Of a DNA stretch of 64,000 nt, positions 48,806-58,490 are shown piece by piece (position 1 is the first letter of the stretch; every line of letters starts with the position of its first letter). Source of the DNA: an uncultured Lachnospiraceae bacterium. GTDB taxonomy: Bacteria > Bacillota > Clostridia > Lachnospirales > Lachnospiraceae. The notes beneath the pieces were generated by a model. The model was not told where the DNA came from. It ran no database searches and saw nothing but the letters and a program-made list of their open reading frames with translations. Position numbers and translations under genes: made by a program. Location: assembly GCA_949742505.1 (NCBI GenBank), contig CATJPU010000179.1, forward strand, positions 2,484 through 66,483, written 5' to 3'.

Positions 48806-50728
48806 TTAAACCTGCCTTCCAACTGCATACGCATCAGCAGTTGCATCAATTCCCATGCCAACCTTCTTCGCATCGCCGATGATATCGTAAGCGATTCCTA
48901 ACTCGTCGCACTTAGCAGTAAGCGCTTCCGTAGGACGGGAAGTCGTTCCAATCGCAACAACCAGAGTATCAAAATGACGTGTCTTCTCGCTGGTCTTTCT
49001 GGACTTATCGGTAAATTTATAGGTAATCTCATGATCTCCGATGGCCGTAACATTGCTGCGGATACTCTTCTGAATCGTCTTGCCAGGATACTCGATATCC
49101 ATAAACATGGTACGCAGCATACCCATCTTATTTCCTACGCGCTTCTTATCCATAACACGTACGTCTTTTACGCCCTTGTCAATCAGGAACTGAGCTGTCT
49201 CACAGCCAATCATGCCGCCGCCAAGGATAAGGACTTCGCCTTTTGCCTCTGCTTTTCCAGTTAAAATGTCTTCTGCCGAAACAACATCTGCGCCGTCAAT
49301 TCCCGGAATCTCCGGCTTCACATACTCAGAACCTGTAGCAATGATTACATGATCCGGCTTCACTTCAGCAATCAATTCCGGTGTTACAGTTGTACCTGTC
49401 TTAATCTCAATTCCCTGTCTCTTACAGTTCTCAGCCTCCCAGAGAGCAGCGTTTGTAAACTCCTGTTTTCTTGGCGCCTTACCAGCTAAGATAAATCTTC
49501 CTCCCAGGCCTTCAGATGCTTCATAAATGGTCGGATTGTGTCCACGTCTCTTCAGAACCTGAGCGATAATCATACCACCCATACCTCCTCCGATAACCAT
49601 TACGTTCTTCGGAGTCGCAGCCTCTGGCATTCCTTCAAACTCCAGACAGAGTCCCGGATTCCTTGTACATGTAATATGAGTAGCCTTCGGGTCAATAACC
49701 TTGTCATAGCATCCTTCAGAACATCCGATACAGCGGCGGATCTCAGCGTCACGTCCCTCTTTTGCTTTGGTACACCACTGATTATCAGCCAGCTGGCCTC
49801 TTCCGACTGCAATCATATCAATCTTGCCTTCGCGGATTAACTCGTCTGCCAGCGCCGGCATATTTACACGTCCGACACCGATAACCGGAATCTTAACGCC
49901 CTTCTTAACAGCGGCTATATTATCCATATTGAATCCCGGCTCTAAGTTGTATGGCGGAACTTCATAAACAGTTGCAAGACTGCGCGCATTACCTCTTGAA
50001 AGGTTCACTGCGTCTACGCCGGCGTCTGCCGCCCAGTTGATAAATTCAATCGTCTCTTCCACTGTAGTATTCTTCGGCATCATCTCGTCGATCGCATCCA
50101 GACGCATAATCAGCGGCATATCCTCCGGCATGTTCGCACGCATCTCGCGGATAACTTCCAGGCTGAAACGGCACCGGTTCTCTAAGCTCTGATTGCCGTA
50201 CTCATCTGTACGGTTATTCAGCGACTCATTCATAAATTCATGAGGCAGATAGGTATGTGCCGAATGGAACTCCAGTGCGTCAAACCCTGCTTCTACTGCA
50301 TACTTCGCAGAAATACCGAACTGTTTGATAATCTCATGGATACGCTCAACACTGATGGTATCCGGCGTCTCTACTACGTTCGTCTTATCAAAAAACTCTT
50401 CCGGAACAAATCCGCCATGCCAGATCTGCACAGCGGCCTTTCCTCCGTTGTCATGAATTGCCTTTGTAATCTTCTTCAACTGTTCTCTGTGGTGCTCGTT
50501 ATACAGTCCAAGGTAGATTGTTGCATGGCATTCCGGACAGATGGACGCAATCTCCACAATATTCAGTCCGCATCCGCCTGCTGCAATCGCTGCGTGATAT
50601 CCCGGGAGATCCTCTGCCACATCATGCTTGCCTTTTGCCATCTTGGTAGCCATACCCGGCAGCACAACTCTGTTCTTTAATTCCAACCCTCTTAACTTAA
50701 TAGGTGAAAACAATGCATCATAACTCAT
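48806..50728 (-). CDS. baiCD: 3-oxo-delta4-cholenoic acid oxidoreductase (OYE Fe-S flavoenzyme)
   Basis: MSYDALFSP..RGLELKNR..LPGM.TKMAK.KHD, ETPDT..VERIHEI, ATVYEVPP.NL..GFN, CIGCSEGCYD.VI.PK..HITCT.NPGLCLE match the recalled BaiCD. Confidence 0.88.
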   Translation of the reverse strand: MSYDALFSPIKLRGLELKNRVVLPGMATKMAKGKHDVAEDLPGYHAAIAAGGCGLNIVEIASICPECHATIYLGLYNEHHREQLKKITKAIHDNGGKAAVQIWHGGFVPEEFFDKTNVVETPDTISVERIHEIIKQFGISAKYAVEAGFDALEFHSAHTYLPHEFMNESLNNRTDEYGNQSLENRCRFSLEVIREMRANMPEDMPLIMRLDAIDEMMPKNTTVEETIEFINWAADAGVDAVNLSRGNARSLATVYEVPPYNLEPGFNMDNIAAVKKGVKIPVIGVGRVNMPALADELIREGKIDMIAVGRGQLADNQWCTKAKEGRDAEIRRCIGCSEGCYDKVIDPKATHITCTRNPGLCLEFEGMPEAATPKNVMVIGGGMGGMIIAQVLKRRGHNPTIYEASEGLGGRFILAGKAPRKQEFTNAALWEAENCKRQGIEIKTGTTVTPELIAEVKPDHVIIATGSEYVKPEIPGIDGADVVSAEDILTGKAEAKGEVLILGGGMIGCETAQFLIDKGVKDVRVMDKKRVGNKMGMLRTMFMDIEYPGKTIQKSIRSNVTAIGDHEITYKFTDKSRKTSEKTRHFDTLVVAIGTTSRPTEALTAKCDELGIAYDIIGDAKKVGMGIDATADAYAVGRQV

Positions 50729-50909
50729 TTGCCAAATCATCCTCTCTTCATTAATTTTGTGAATCATTGTCCCGCTATACATTCTGGCAGATACGGGAAT
50801 TATCTGTCTGATTATGCGGAAACGTATCGGCTTATGGTTTCATAGTGACGAATAGTGATGAACTTATTATTCAATTTCCTAAAATAATATGCTCTTAAGA
50901 CTTGTCTAA

Positions 50910-50979
50910 ATTTTAACACAAACCCACGGGTCATGTAGGTACAAAAAGCTAATTATAATGCATAAACAACGTACAAAAA
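50910..50979 (-). promoter_or_regulatory. baiCD promoter: TTTTTGTAC-N55-TAAAAT (TG-extended), with a second TTTTTGTAC 32 bp downstream
   Basis: GTACAAAAA at 50939-50947 and 50971-50979; ATTTTAACA at 50910-50918; same spacing upstream of baiA. Confidence 0.6.
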
Positions 50980-51182
50980 ATTAAGTTTTCATGTCAATTT
51001 TACCTAATACAATTCCCATTACCCATGATTTTTGTAGTAAAACTCAACAAAATGTCATTCTTTCCAGTAGGATTTTCTCACCATTTCTTTTGAAAATGTA
51101 GATTATTTGACAAAAAAATGTGATGTGACACCGTCTTTATTCGTTTATAATTAATATCAATAATAGTTCAGGAGGGAATAAT

Positions 51183-53174
51183 ATGATAACAGATATGAAA
51201 AATTCGAAGCTTTTCAGTCCCATTAAATTAGGAAAGACCACGCTGAAGAACCGTATAGCGATGGCTCCTATGAGCATGGATTACGAAGCCGCCGACGGAA
51301 CCGTTCCAAAGAAGCTGGCAGATATTTTCGTGCGTCGTGCTGAGGGCGGTACTGGATACGTAGTAATTGACGCCGTAACCGTTGACCACAAATACCTTTA
51401 TATCGGTAATACTACATCATTAGATAAGGACAGCCTGGTTCCACAGTTTAAAGAATTTGCAGATCGTGTCAGGGAAGCCGGCAGCGTTCTGATTCCGCAG
51501 ATCATTCATCCAGGCCCGGAATCTATCTGCGGCTACCGCAAGGTTGCTCCATTAGGACCGTCCGCTAATGTAAATGCCAACTGCCATGTAAGCCGTCCGA
51601 TTTCTATTAAAGAAATCCAAAAGATCGTAAAACAGTACGGACAGGCAGCCCGCAGAGCCGAAGAAGCAGGCTGCGGAGGTATTTCGCTTCACTGCGCTCA
51701 CGCTTATATGCTTCCAGGTTCTTTCCTTTCTCCGCTTCGGAATAAGAGAATGGATGAATATGGCGGAGGACTGGATAACCGCGCAAGATTTATTCTTGAG
51801 ATTATTGAAGAAGTTAGGAAGAACGTCAGCCCTGATTTCCCGTTAATTTTAAGAATCTCCGGCGACGAGCGCATGATCGGCGGCAATTCTCTTGAGGATA
51901 TGCTGTATCTTGCTCCTAAGTTTGAAGCTGCAGGAATTGATATGCTGGAAATTTCCGGCGGCACACAGTACGAAGGCTTAGAGCACATCATTCCAAGCCA
52001 GAATAAGACCATCGGCGTCAATGTACACGAAGCGTCCGAGATTAAAAAAGTTGTAAATATCCCTGTTTATGTGGCAGGTAAGATTAATGATATCCGTTAT
52101 GCCGCTGATATCGTAGAACGCGGTCTGGTAGACGGCGTTTCCATCGGACGCCCGCTTCTCTCCGACCCGGATCTTTGCAAAAAAGCTTATGAAAACCGAT
52201 TTGACGACATTACTCCCTGCGCAAGCTGCGGCGGAAGCTGCATAAGCCGGAGCGAGGCATTCCCGCAGTGCAGATGCCATATCAATCCAAGAGTCGGAAG
52301 AGAGTATGATTTCCCGGAGGTTCCTGCTGAGAAATCTAAGAAAGTGCTGGTTGTAGGCGCAGGTCCTGCCGGAATGATGGCTGCTGTTACTGCTGCCGAA
52401 AGGGGACATCAGGTTACCGTATGGGAAGCTGACAAGAAGATCGGCGGACAGTTGAACCTTGCTGTAGTAGCGCCCGGCAAGCAGGAAATGACCAAATGGA
52501 TGGTGCACTTAAATTACCGCGCGAAGAAAGCCGGCGTAACCTTTGAATTTGGCAAGGAAGGTACCGTTGAGGCTGTAAAAGAATTCGCTCCTGAAGCAGT
52601 GATTGTCGCTACCGGAGCCAGACCATTAGTTCCGCCGATTAAAGGAACTAAGGATTATCCGGTTCGTACTGCCCATGATTTCCTGAGAGGCAAATTCGTG
52701 ATTCCAAGAGGACGCGTCTGCGTACTGGGCGGCGGAGCCGTTGCTTGCGAAACCGCCGAGGTGGTTCTCGAGAATGCACGTCCAAATTCTTACACAAAGG
52801 GATTTGAGGCAAGCATTGGCGACGTAGAGGTAACTCTGATTGAGATGCTGCCGCAGCTTCTTACCAATGTCTGCGCGCCAAACCGCACACCGCTGATTCG
52901 CAAGTTAAAGAGCAGAGGCGTTAATATTAATGTTAATACTAAGATTCTGGAAGTAACTGACCACGATGTAAAAGTACAGCGGGCAGACGGAACAGAAGAA
53001 TGGCTCCGGGGCTTTGACTATGTACTCTTCGGACTCGGCTCTAGGAATTACGACCCGCTTTCTGAAGAGCTTAAGAACTTCATCCCCGAAGTATACGCTG
53101 TAGGCGACTCCGTAAGGGCACGTCAGGCAAGTTTCGCGATGTGGGAAGGCTTTGAAGCAGCATATAAATTATAG
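51183..53174 (+). CDS. baiH: 7beta-hydroxy-3-oxo-delta4-cholenoate / delta6 oxidoreductase (OYE Fe-S flavoenzyme)
   Basis: MAPMSMDYEAADGTVPK, HCAHAYMLPGSFLSP, CASCGGSCISRS, ARQASFAMWEGFE match long stretches of the recalled BaiH. Confidence 0.93.
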   Translation: MITDMKNSKLFSPIKLGKTTLKNRIAMAPMSMDYEAADGTVPKKLADIFVRRAEGGTGYVVIDAVTVDHKYLYIGNTTSLDKDSLVPQFKEFADRVREAGSVLIPQIIHPGPESICGYRKVAPLGPSANVNANCHVSRPISIKEIQKIVKQYGQAARRAEEAGCGGISLHCAHAYMLPGSFLSPLRNKRMDEYGGGLDNRARFILEIIEEVRKNVSPDFPLILRISGDERMIGGNSLEDMLYLAPKFEAAGIDMLEISGGTQYEGLEHIIPSQNKTIGVNVHEASEIKKVVNIPVYVAGKINDIRYAADIVERGLVDGVSIGRPLLSDPDLCKKAYENRFDDITPCASCGGSCISRSEAFPQCRCHINPRVGREYDFPEVPAEKSKKVLVVGAGPAGMMAAVTAAERGHQVTVWEADKKIGGQLNLAVVAPGKQEMTKWMVHLNYRAKKAGVTFEFGKEGTVEAVKEFAPEAVIVATGARPLVPPIKGTKDYPVRTAHDFLRGKFVIPRGRVCVLGGGAVACETAEVVLENARPNSYTKGFEASIGDVEVTLIEMLPQLLTNVCAPNRTPLIRKLKSRGVNINVNTKILEVTDHDVKVQRADGTEEWLRGFDYVLFGLGSRNYDPLSEELKNFIPEVYAVGDSVRARQASFAMWEGFEAAYKL

Positions 53175-53197
53175 ATTTAAGATAGGAGGTGCCGTAT

Positions 53198-53749
53198 ATG
53201 GCAGCCGTAGCAAGGCCTCTGAAGAAAAAAGAAAGAGAACGTATCCTGGAAGTAGTTTTAAATGCCCATAAGCAGCAGTATACGCCGGAACTTCTCTGTG
53301 AATTTCAGAAGATCGTCGAAACCAAGTATTACTATTGGTGGCTGATGGATATGAAAAAAGAAGAATATGCCTTGGAACTTTTTACAGAAGATTTTCGCTG
53401 TTATCACAACGGACAATTGGCTGCAAAAGATCCTCTGACCCAGGCAAAGCATGCGAAATGGAGTAATCTTCCCATGGTTACATCCCATATGGGGCATCAG
53501 CCTCTGGTATGGATTATTGACAGTAACCATGCACGCGGTGTATTCCAGTACGAAGATCATCACGTATATATGGAAGACAGCTATAATGTCGAAACACGCG
53601 TAATTTATTGCGATGATTTTATCAGAGACGCCGAGGGCGTATGGCACATTAAAACGATGCGTATGTATCAGTATCAGTCAAACGGTCAATACCGCAGTCC
53701 GCTTCCGCCAAAAGGGTGGAAGCCCGAAGAATGGGAGCCATTATCATAA
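53198..53749 (+). CDS. baiI: BaiI-like NTF2 protein (putative 7beta-dehydratase)
   Basis: AHKQQY, YYWWLMDMK.E.YALELF, HMGHQP.VW, HARG.FQYEDH, IYCDDF; directly follows baiH. Confidence 0.85.
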   Translation: MAAVARPLKKKERERILEVVLNAHKQQYTPELLCEFQKIVETKYYYWWLMDMKKEEYALELFTEDFRCYHNGQLAAKDPLTQAKHAKWSNLPMVTSHMGHQPLVWIIDSNHARGVFQYEDHHVYMEDSYNVETRVIYCDDFIRDAEGVWHIKTMRMYQYQSNGQYRSPLPPKGWKPEEWEPLS

Positions 53750-53754
53750 TTTAT

Positions 53755-53791
53755 ACCGCAGATGCCTTAAGGGTATCTGCGGTCTTTTTTT
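53755..53791 (+). terminator. Intrinsic terminator after baiI
   Basis: ACCGCAGATGCC-TTAAG-GGTATCTGCGGT followed by C and a T7 tract. Confidence 0.85.
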
Positions 53792-53914
53792 ATTAAAAAC
53801 TCACAATTCATTGATTTCGTCCATATAATATGGTACTCTTTATCTATAGCTTTACAACATGCCGAAGTATCGGATTTCGACATTTCACACTGGAATTAAA
53901 GGAGTATCATCGAT

Positions 53915-55171
53915 TTGAAAAGAAAAATCCGTCCTTTGTGCGAGCTTCCCAGAAATGGCATTTTCTGTGGCCCCGACAAATATCTTAAGCTCCAGAAACA
54001 CACTGTCAGCAGCGAGATGTTCCCTGTCATGGAATTCGACAGTTATTTCATTCTCGTCAAAAAAGGACACGGCAATTTTATTATTAATGGAGAAGAATTT
54101 TCAGTTCAGCCCGGTTGCGTATCATGGATTCAGTGCTCACAGGTACTTACGATTTGTCCTGATTTTGGAAGCCAGCTTCACCTGTGGGTCTGTGCTTATG
54201 ATTACCAGCTCCTGAACTACTATGCATTTAACAGGATTTCTCCCTCTGCGGAGACGGAGGTTGTTAACAGCCTTCCCGTCATTGGTCCTGAAGGTGCGGA
54301 AGTCGAACAGATCCTGCATCTGTTCGAACAGTATCACAAGCTAAGCAAGATAAACTCTTACGGTTCAACAGTAATCCGCAGTTCATTTCTGCGGCAGATT
54401 GAACTGCTTTATAACCGGTTTGCCAAGAGCGTGAAGGAGACTTACCAGTTCGACTCATTTCCATTAAGCCGGAAGGCAAGCCTTTATATCGCCACGCACA
54501 GCACAGCGCCCCTGACAATTTCAGATGTCGTAGCTGCTGTCTGTCCGGACTCAAGCGAGTCTTCGCTGAATCATGCGCTTCTGATAGCTACCGGCCTTAA
54601 TTTCAGCCAATATTTAAACCGGATGCGCCTGGCGCATGCAATGGCATACTTTTTATACGACAGCCTTTCATTTGACTATATATCGTCTATTTCAGGCTTT
54701 AACGAAGAGATTACTTTCTTCCGCCGTTTTAAGACGATGACGGGCATGACGCCTCAGACCTATTTAAACCAGTCCCTCAGTAACGGAAAGGATGGGCGGA
54801 TATACCGGGGAACCATTATGAGCGAGACACTGATTTCAGCCGTCAGCTACCTGTATGAGAATATGTCGGAGCCCATTGACTCCCGGATTATTACCCGGGA
54901 TCTCTACACCTCAAAGAATATTTTACGTATTCAGTTTAAAACCAGACTGAATTCCAGCTATAAGGAGATTTTGTCATTGTTCCGGGTTCGTTACGCCGAG
55001 TCTCTGCTCACTACAACAAATCTTCCTATTATGGATATCGCCATCGAATCCGGCTTTGGTTCGGATCGTACGATGGCGCGGGTATTTTTCGGTATCAACG
55101 GCGTCTCGCCGGGAGAATTTCGAAAGCAGCGCCGTCTGGCCGAACAGCATACAAAAGAAGCAAAATCTTAG
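53915..55171 (+). CDS. barA: AraC-family regulator with duplicated HTH region (BarA-like)
   Basis: Cupin N-terminus and two AraC HTH modules (SGFNEEITFFRRFK; ESGFGSDRTMARVF); lies within the bai cluster. Confidence 0.7.
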   Translation: MKRKIRPLCELPRNGIFCGPDKYLKLQKHTVSSEMFPVMEFDSYFILVKKGHGNFIINGEEFSVQPGCVSWIQCSQVLTICPDFGSQLHLWVCAYDYQLLNYYAFNRISPSAETEVVNSLPVIGPEGAEVEQILHLFEQYHKLSKINSYGSTVIRSSFLRQIELLYNRFAKSVKETYQFDSFPLSRKASLYIATHSTAPLTISDVVAAVCPDSSESSLNHALLIATGLNFSQYLNRMRLAHAMAYFLYDSLSFDYISSISGFNEEITFFRRFKTMTGMTPQTYLNQSLSNGKDGRIYRGTIMSETLISAVSYLYENMSEPIDSRIITRDLYTSKNILRIQFKTRLNSSYKEILSLFRVRYAESLLTTTNLPIMDIAIESGFGSDRTMARVFFGINGVSPGEFRKQRRLAEQHTKEAKS

Positions 55172-55190
55172 AATTACTTGAAGAAAGCAG

Positions 55191-55787
55191 ATGATAACCA
55201 TGCCAAAAGACACCTTAGCTAAATCTGATGTCACAGAGACCAGGAATCAGAATCGGACTGTTTTTTCCGGCGCTCACGACTACTTTGCCAATAATGTACT
55301 GCCTGAGAGCGTCCATGCGCATCTTCGGCATATTAAGACTCCCATGTCTTATACCAATAACCGGGATCAGACTTTTTTCCTGGTTCGCTCCGGCACAGGC
55401 TCGCTCAGTGTCAACGGTCTGGAATATAAACTCCGGCCAAATACGCTGATTAATTTAGGACCGTTCCACCGCTACCGCCTGCTCCCTTCTAAGCGCAGTG
55501 AATTAGAAGTTGCGGAAGCAAGAATGAACAGCGGCACTTATATGTATTTAATCGCAAATCCATATCTAAAATACGAAAATTTTGCCGTTCCGTCCCAGCC
55601 TCCAGTGGTTCATCTTAAGGGTCTTTCAGCTCAGATTGCAAACGACTCTATGAATGACCTCTTATATGAAGCTAAGAATAAGACCAATGAAAGTATTCAA
55701 CTATGTTTCTGCTATATGATGAATTTTGTAGGTATTATTACCGACCAAATGGCAAAGGATTATTTTGCTCCTAATGAAAAATATTAA
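55191..55787 (+). CDS. Cupin / AraC ligand-binding-domain-only protein (BarB-like)
   Basis: FFLVRSGTGSLSVNG..Y...PNTLINLGPFHRY cupin; no HTH; follows the AraC gene. Confidence 0.65.
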   Translation: MITMPKDTLAKSDVTETRNQNRTVFSGAHDYFANNVLPESVHAHLRHIKTPMSYTNNRDQTFFLVRSGTGSLSVNGLEYKLRPNTLINLGPFHRYRLLPSKRSELEVAEARMNSGTYMYLIANPYLKYENFAVPSQPPVVHLKGLSAQIANDSMNDLLYEAKNKTNESIQLCFCYMMNFVGIITDQMAKDYFAPNEKY

Positions 55788-55824
55788 ACCAATCGTTTAG
55801 TTATACCCAACTTTTTCCGGAAGT

Positions 55825-55865
55825 CTTCTGTTAAAGATTTATTTTTAACAGAAGTCTTCTTTTTT
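55825..55865 (+). terminator. Intrinsic terminator after the barB-like gene
   Basis: CTTCTGTTAAA...TTTAACAGAAG followed by a T-rich tract. Confidence 0.65.
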
Positions 55866-55940
55866 GCAGTTTTACTTCTATATTTATTCTATTTTCACTA
55901 TCTATTTTATTTGTCCGTCATTTTGACTATAGATTATTAC

Positions 55941-56010
55941 TTTTTGTCCATAGGTTTTGTATAAAAAATCAGTTATCCATTTACTATACCCCGAAGAAAA
56001 ATGTTAAAAT
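55941..56010 (+). promoter_or_regulatory. baiA operon promoter: TTTTTGTCC-N55-TAAAAT (TG-extended)
   Basis: TTTTTGTCC 55941-55949, second TTTGTCC at 55910-55916, TGTTAAAAT 56002-56010. Confidence 0.6.
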
Positions 56011-56117
56011 ATTGCCATTCATTGAGAAACGTATCGGTGATGAACTTTCGAGGCAGCGGGAATGCTTCGAAAACAAAAAGACTCTTTAAAATCATTTACA
56101 CGAAAGGAGATTCAACG

Positions 56118-56885
56118 ATGTTTGAAAACGAATTTAACGGAAAAGTTGCATTAGTTACCGGAGGTACTTCAGGAATTGGATTTGCTACAGTAAAGTCATT
56201 CCTTGCATCAGGCGCAAAAGTTTATTTCTTAGGCAAAGAGGGCGAGGATGTTTCTGCGGCGCTCGAAGAATTAAAGGCTTCTTATCCAGAGGACAGCTTT
56301 AAGCATAACGCAATCACTCTTACCGATTACAAAGCGGCGCAGGCTATCTATGCCGAGATCGAGGAGATGTGGGGAAGACTTGATATTCTTGTAAATAATG
56401 CTGGTGTTGACAGTAGCGTTCCAATTCACAAGATGAAACAGTCTCAGTGGGATTATGTTATGGACACCAATATTAAGGGTACCTTTAACATGACCAAATA
56501 TGCCATCAAGATGCTCAAGAAAACCAAGGGCTGTATCGTAAATACCGCTTCTGTGGCAGGTATCTACGGAGCAGGCTGCGGATGCCCTTATCCGGTATCC
56601 AAGGGCGGCGTTATCGCATTTACACAGTCTATGGCATGGGAGCAGGCATATGCTGGAATCCGCTGCAACGCTGTAGCGCCTGGCGTAATTGACACCAAGC
56701 TTCTGGCAACCGTTCCTCCGTTTGCAAAGAAGAATCTTGCAGCAGGAATTCCGCTTCGTAAGATTGGCGAGCCTCAGGTAATCGCTGACGCAATCCTCTT
56801 CCTCTGCTCCAGTGCAGCTTCCTATATTACAGGCGTTACACTTCCGGTAGACGGAGGATACAGACCAGCTAACGTAGCAGGCTAA
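56118..56885 (+). CDS. baiA: 3alpha-hydroxysteroid dehydrogenase (BaiA-like SDR)
   Basis: TGGTSGIG, LEELKASYPE, NTASVAGIYG, YPVSK, DGGYRP resemble the recalled BaiA; bai context. Confidence 0.72.
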   Translation: MFENEFNGKVALVTGGTSGIGFATVKSFLASGAKVYFLGKEGEDVSAALEELKASYPEDSFKHNAITLTDYKAAQAIYAEIEEMWGRLDILVNNAGVDSSVPIHKMKQSQWDYVMDTNIKGTFNMTKYAIKMLKKTKGCIVNTASVAGIYGAGCGCPYPVSKGGVIAFTQSMAWEQAYAGIRCNAVAPGVIDTKLLATVPPFAKKNLAAGIPLRKIGEPQVIADAILFLCSSAASYITGVTLPVDGGYRPANVAG

Positions 56886-56942
56886 TACAATCTTTTAGAA
56901 AAATGCTCCGAATCTGGGAGAGAAATGAGAGGGCTATAGGAC

Positions 56943-58490
56943 GTGTGTACGTCGCACTTTAATATTTTTAACGATGGTGAGAACAGTTTTTTTACGCCGG
57001 GGACCCAGCTTGCTAATATCGCAAGAGTCAAGCCGGATGCACCTGCAATTATATATATCCCATCAAAAGACAAAGAAACCATTATGACATGGCGGGCTCT
57101 CGAGGTGCTTTCCAACCGTATTGCATGGTACCTTCTGGAAAAGGGAATCGGGCCCGGGAAGAGCGTTATTGCGGCTCTTCCCAACATTCCTACCCATATC
57201 GCCCTTGCTTTTGGTATCTGGAAAGCGGGCGGATGTTACGTTCCCGTATCCGACAGGGTTCCCAGGCAGAACCTCTTAGAGATCTGTGAATGCGTATCCC
57301 CTTCTCTTGTGGTTACCAACCGTTGGAAGCCAACGAATTACCAATCCTTAAGTTCTTCCGAGCTGAAGGGATTATGCGCGGATTACCCGCAAGAGATGCC
57401 GCCTGATGTCCTTGCAGTCCCCAACCTTGCGAACTGCACCGGCGGCACGACGGGAAAGACCAAAGTCGTCCAGCAGAATATGCCCGCCGGGGAAAGCGAC
57501 GAAGGGCTTCAGACATGGTTTACTCTTTCCGGTATGCGTTTTGAGATGCGTCAGCTCCTTGCCGGCCCGCTCTTCCATGGCGCGCCGCATTCGGTGACCT
57601 TTAACGGGCTTTACTGCGGCAATACGCTCTATATGCCCTCATGCCTCGACGCAAAGACTATTGTGGCATTGATAAACAAATACCAAATCGAGTATGTTCA
57701 GTTAGTGCCGACGCTAATGCAGCGCATTATGAAACTGCCGGACTTCAATCCAGAAGATTTGGCCAGCTTAGAGGTGCTCTGCCATACCGGAGGCGTCTGT
57801 TCCGCGGATTTGAAAAAAGAATGGTTCCGGATTCTCTCACCAGAAAAGATATATGAGATTTATTCCATGACCGAATGCGTGGGAATTACTTATATACGCG
57901 GCGACGAATGGCTCACTCATGAAGGAAGCATCGGCAGAATGCCCTGCGGCAGTATCTCGATTCGGGACGAAGACGGCCGGGATCTCCCTCCCGGAGAAAT
58001 CGGCAATATTTATATGTCCTGGCACGGCAGCGCCCCCAGGATTGAATACATCAATTATACCCCGCTCGAAAGCGATGAGAACGGCTTTAGGAGCGTAGGT
58101 GATATTGGATACATAGACGAGGAAGACTATCTGTATTTTATAGACAGACGCAGCGACATGATTGTTACCGGCGGAGAGAATGTATTCGCCGCAGAGATTG
58201 AGACTGTGCTGAAAAAATCTAAAAAGGTAGTAGATGCAGTTGTTGTCGGACTTCCCGACAAAGAATGGGGACATCGTATTCATGCTTTTATTGAAGCAGG
58301 CGAACCCATCAGTGAAAAAAGCCTTATCAAACTGGCTCTCAATTACCTGCCGCCTTATAAAATACCAAAATCCTTCGAATTTGTGGACCGGATTCCTCAG
58401 AGCAATAATGGTAAGATAGTCCGCAGTAAACTCGTAGAGCAATACTTAACTAACAGTTCAAATCTGAAAGGAGAAAAAAATGGAGAGTAA
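56943..58490 (+). CDS. baiB: Bile acid-CoA ligase
   Basis: F.TPG.QL, TGGTTGKTK AMP motif, GPLFHGAPHS..FNGL, LCHTGGVCS, YSMTEC.G.T.IRGDEW match the recalled BaiB. Confidence 0.88.
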   Translation: MCTSHFNIFNDGENSFFTPGTQLANIARVKPDAPAIIYIPSKDKETIMTWRALEVLSNRIAWYLLEKGIGPGKSVIAALPNIPTHIALAFGIWKAGGCYVPVSDRVPRQNLLEICECVSPSLVVTNRWKPTNYQSLSSSELKGLCADYPQEMPPDVLAVPNLANCTGGTTGKTKVVQQNMPAGESDEGLQTWFTLSGMRFEMRQLLAGPLFHGAPHSVTFNGLYCGNTLYMPSCLDAKTIVALINKYQIEYVQLVPTLMQRIMKLPDFNPEDLASLEVLCHTGGVCSADLKKEWFRILSPEKIYEIYSMTECVGITYIRGDEWLTHEGSIGRMPCGSISIRDEDGRDLPPGEIGNIYMSWHGSAPRIEYINYTPLESDENGFRSVGDIGYIDEEDYLYFIDRRSDMIVTGGENVFAAEIETVLKKSKKVVDAVVVGLPDKEWGHRIHAFIEAGEPISEKSLIKLALNYLPPYKIPKSFEFVDRIPQSNNGKIVRSKLVEQYLTNSSNLKGEKNGE

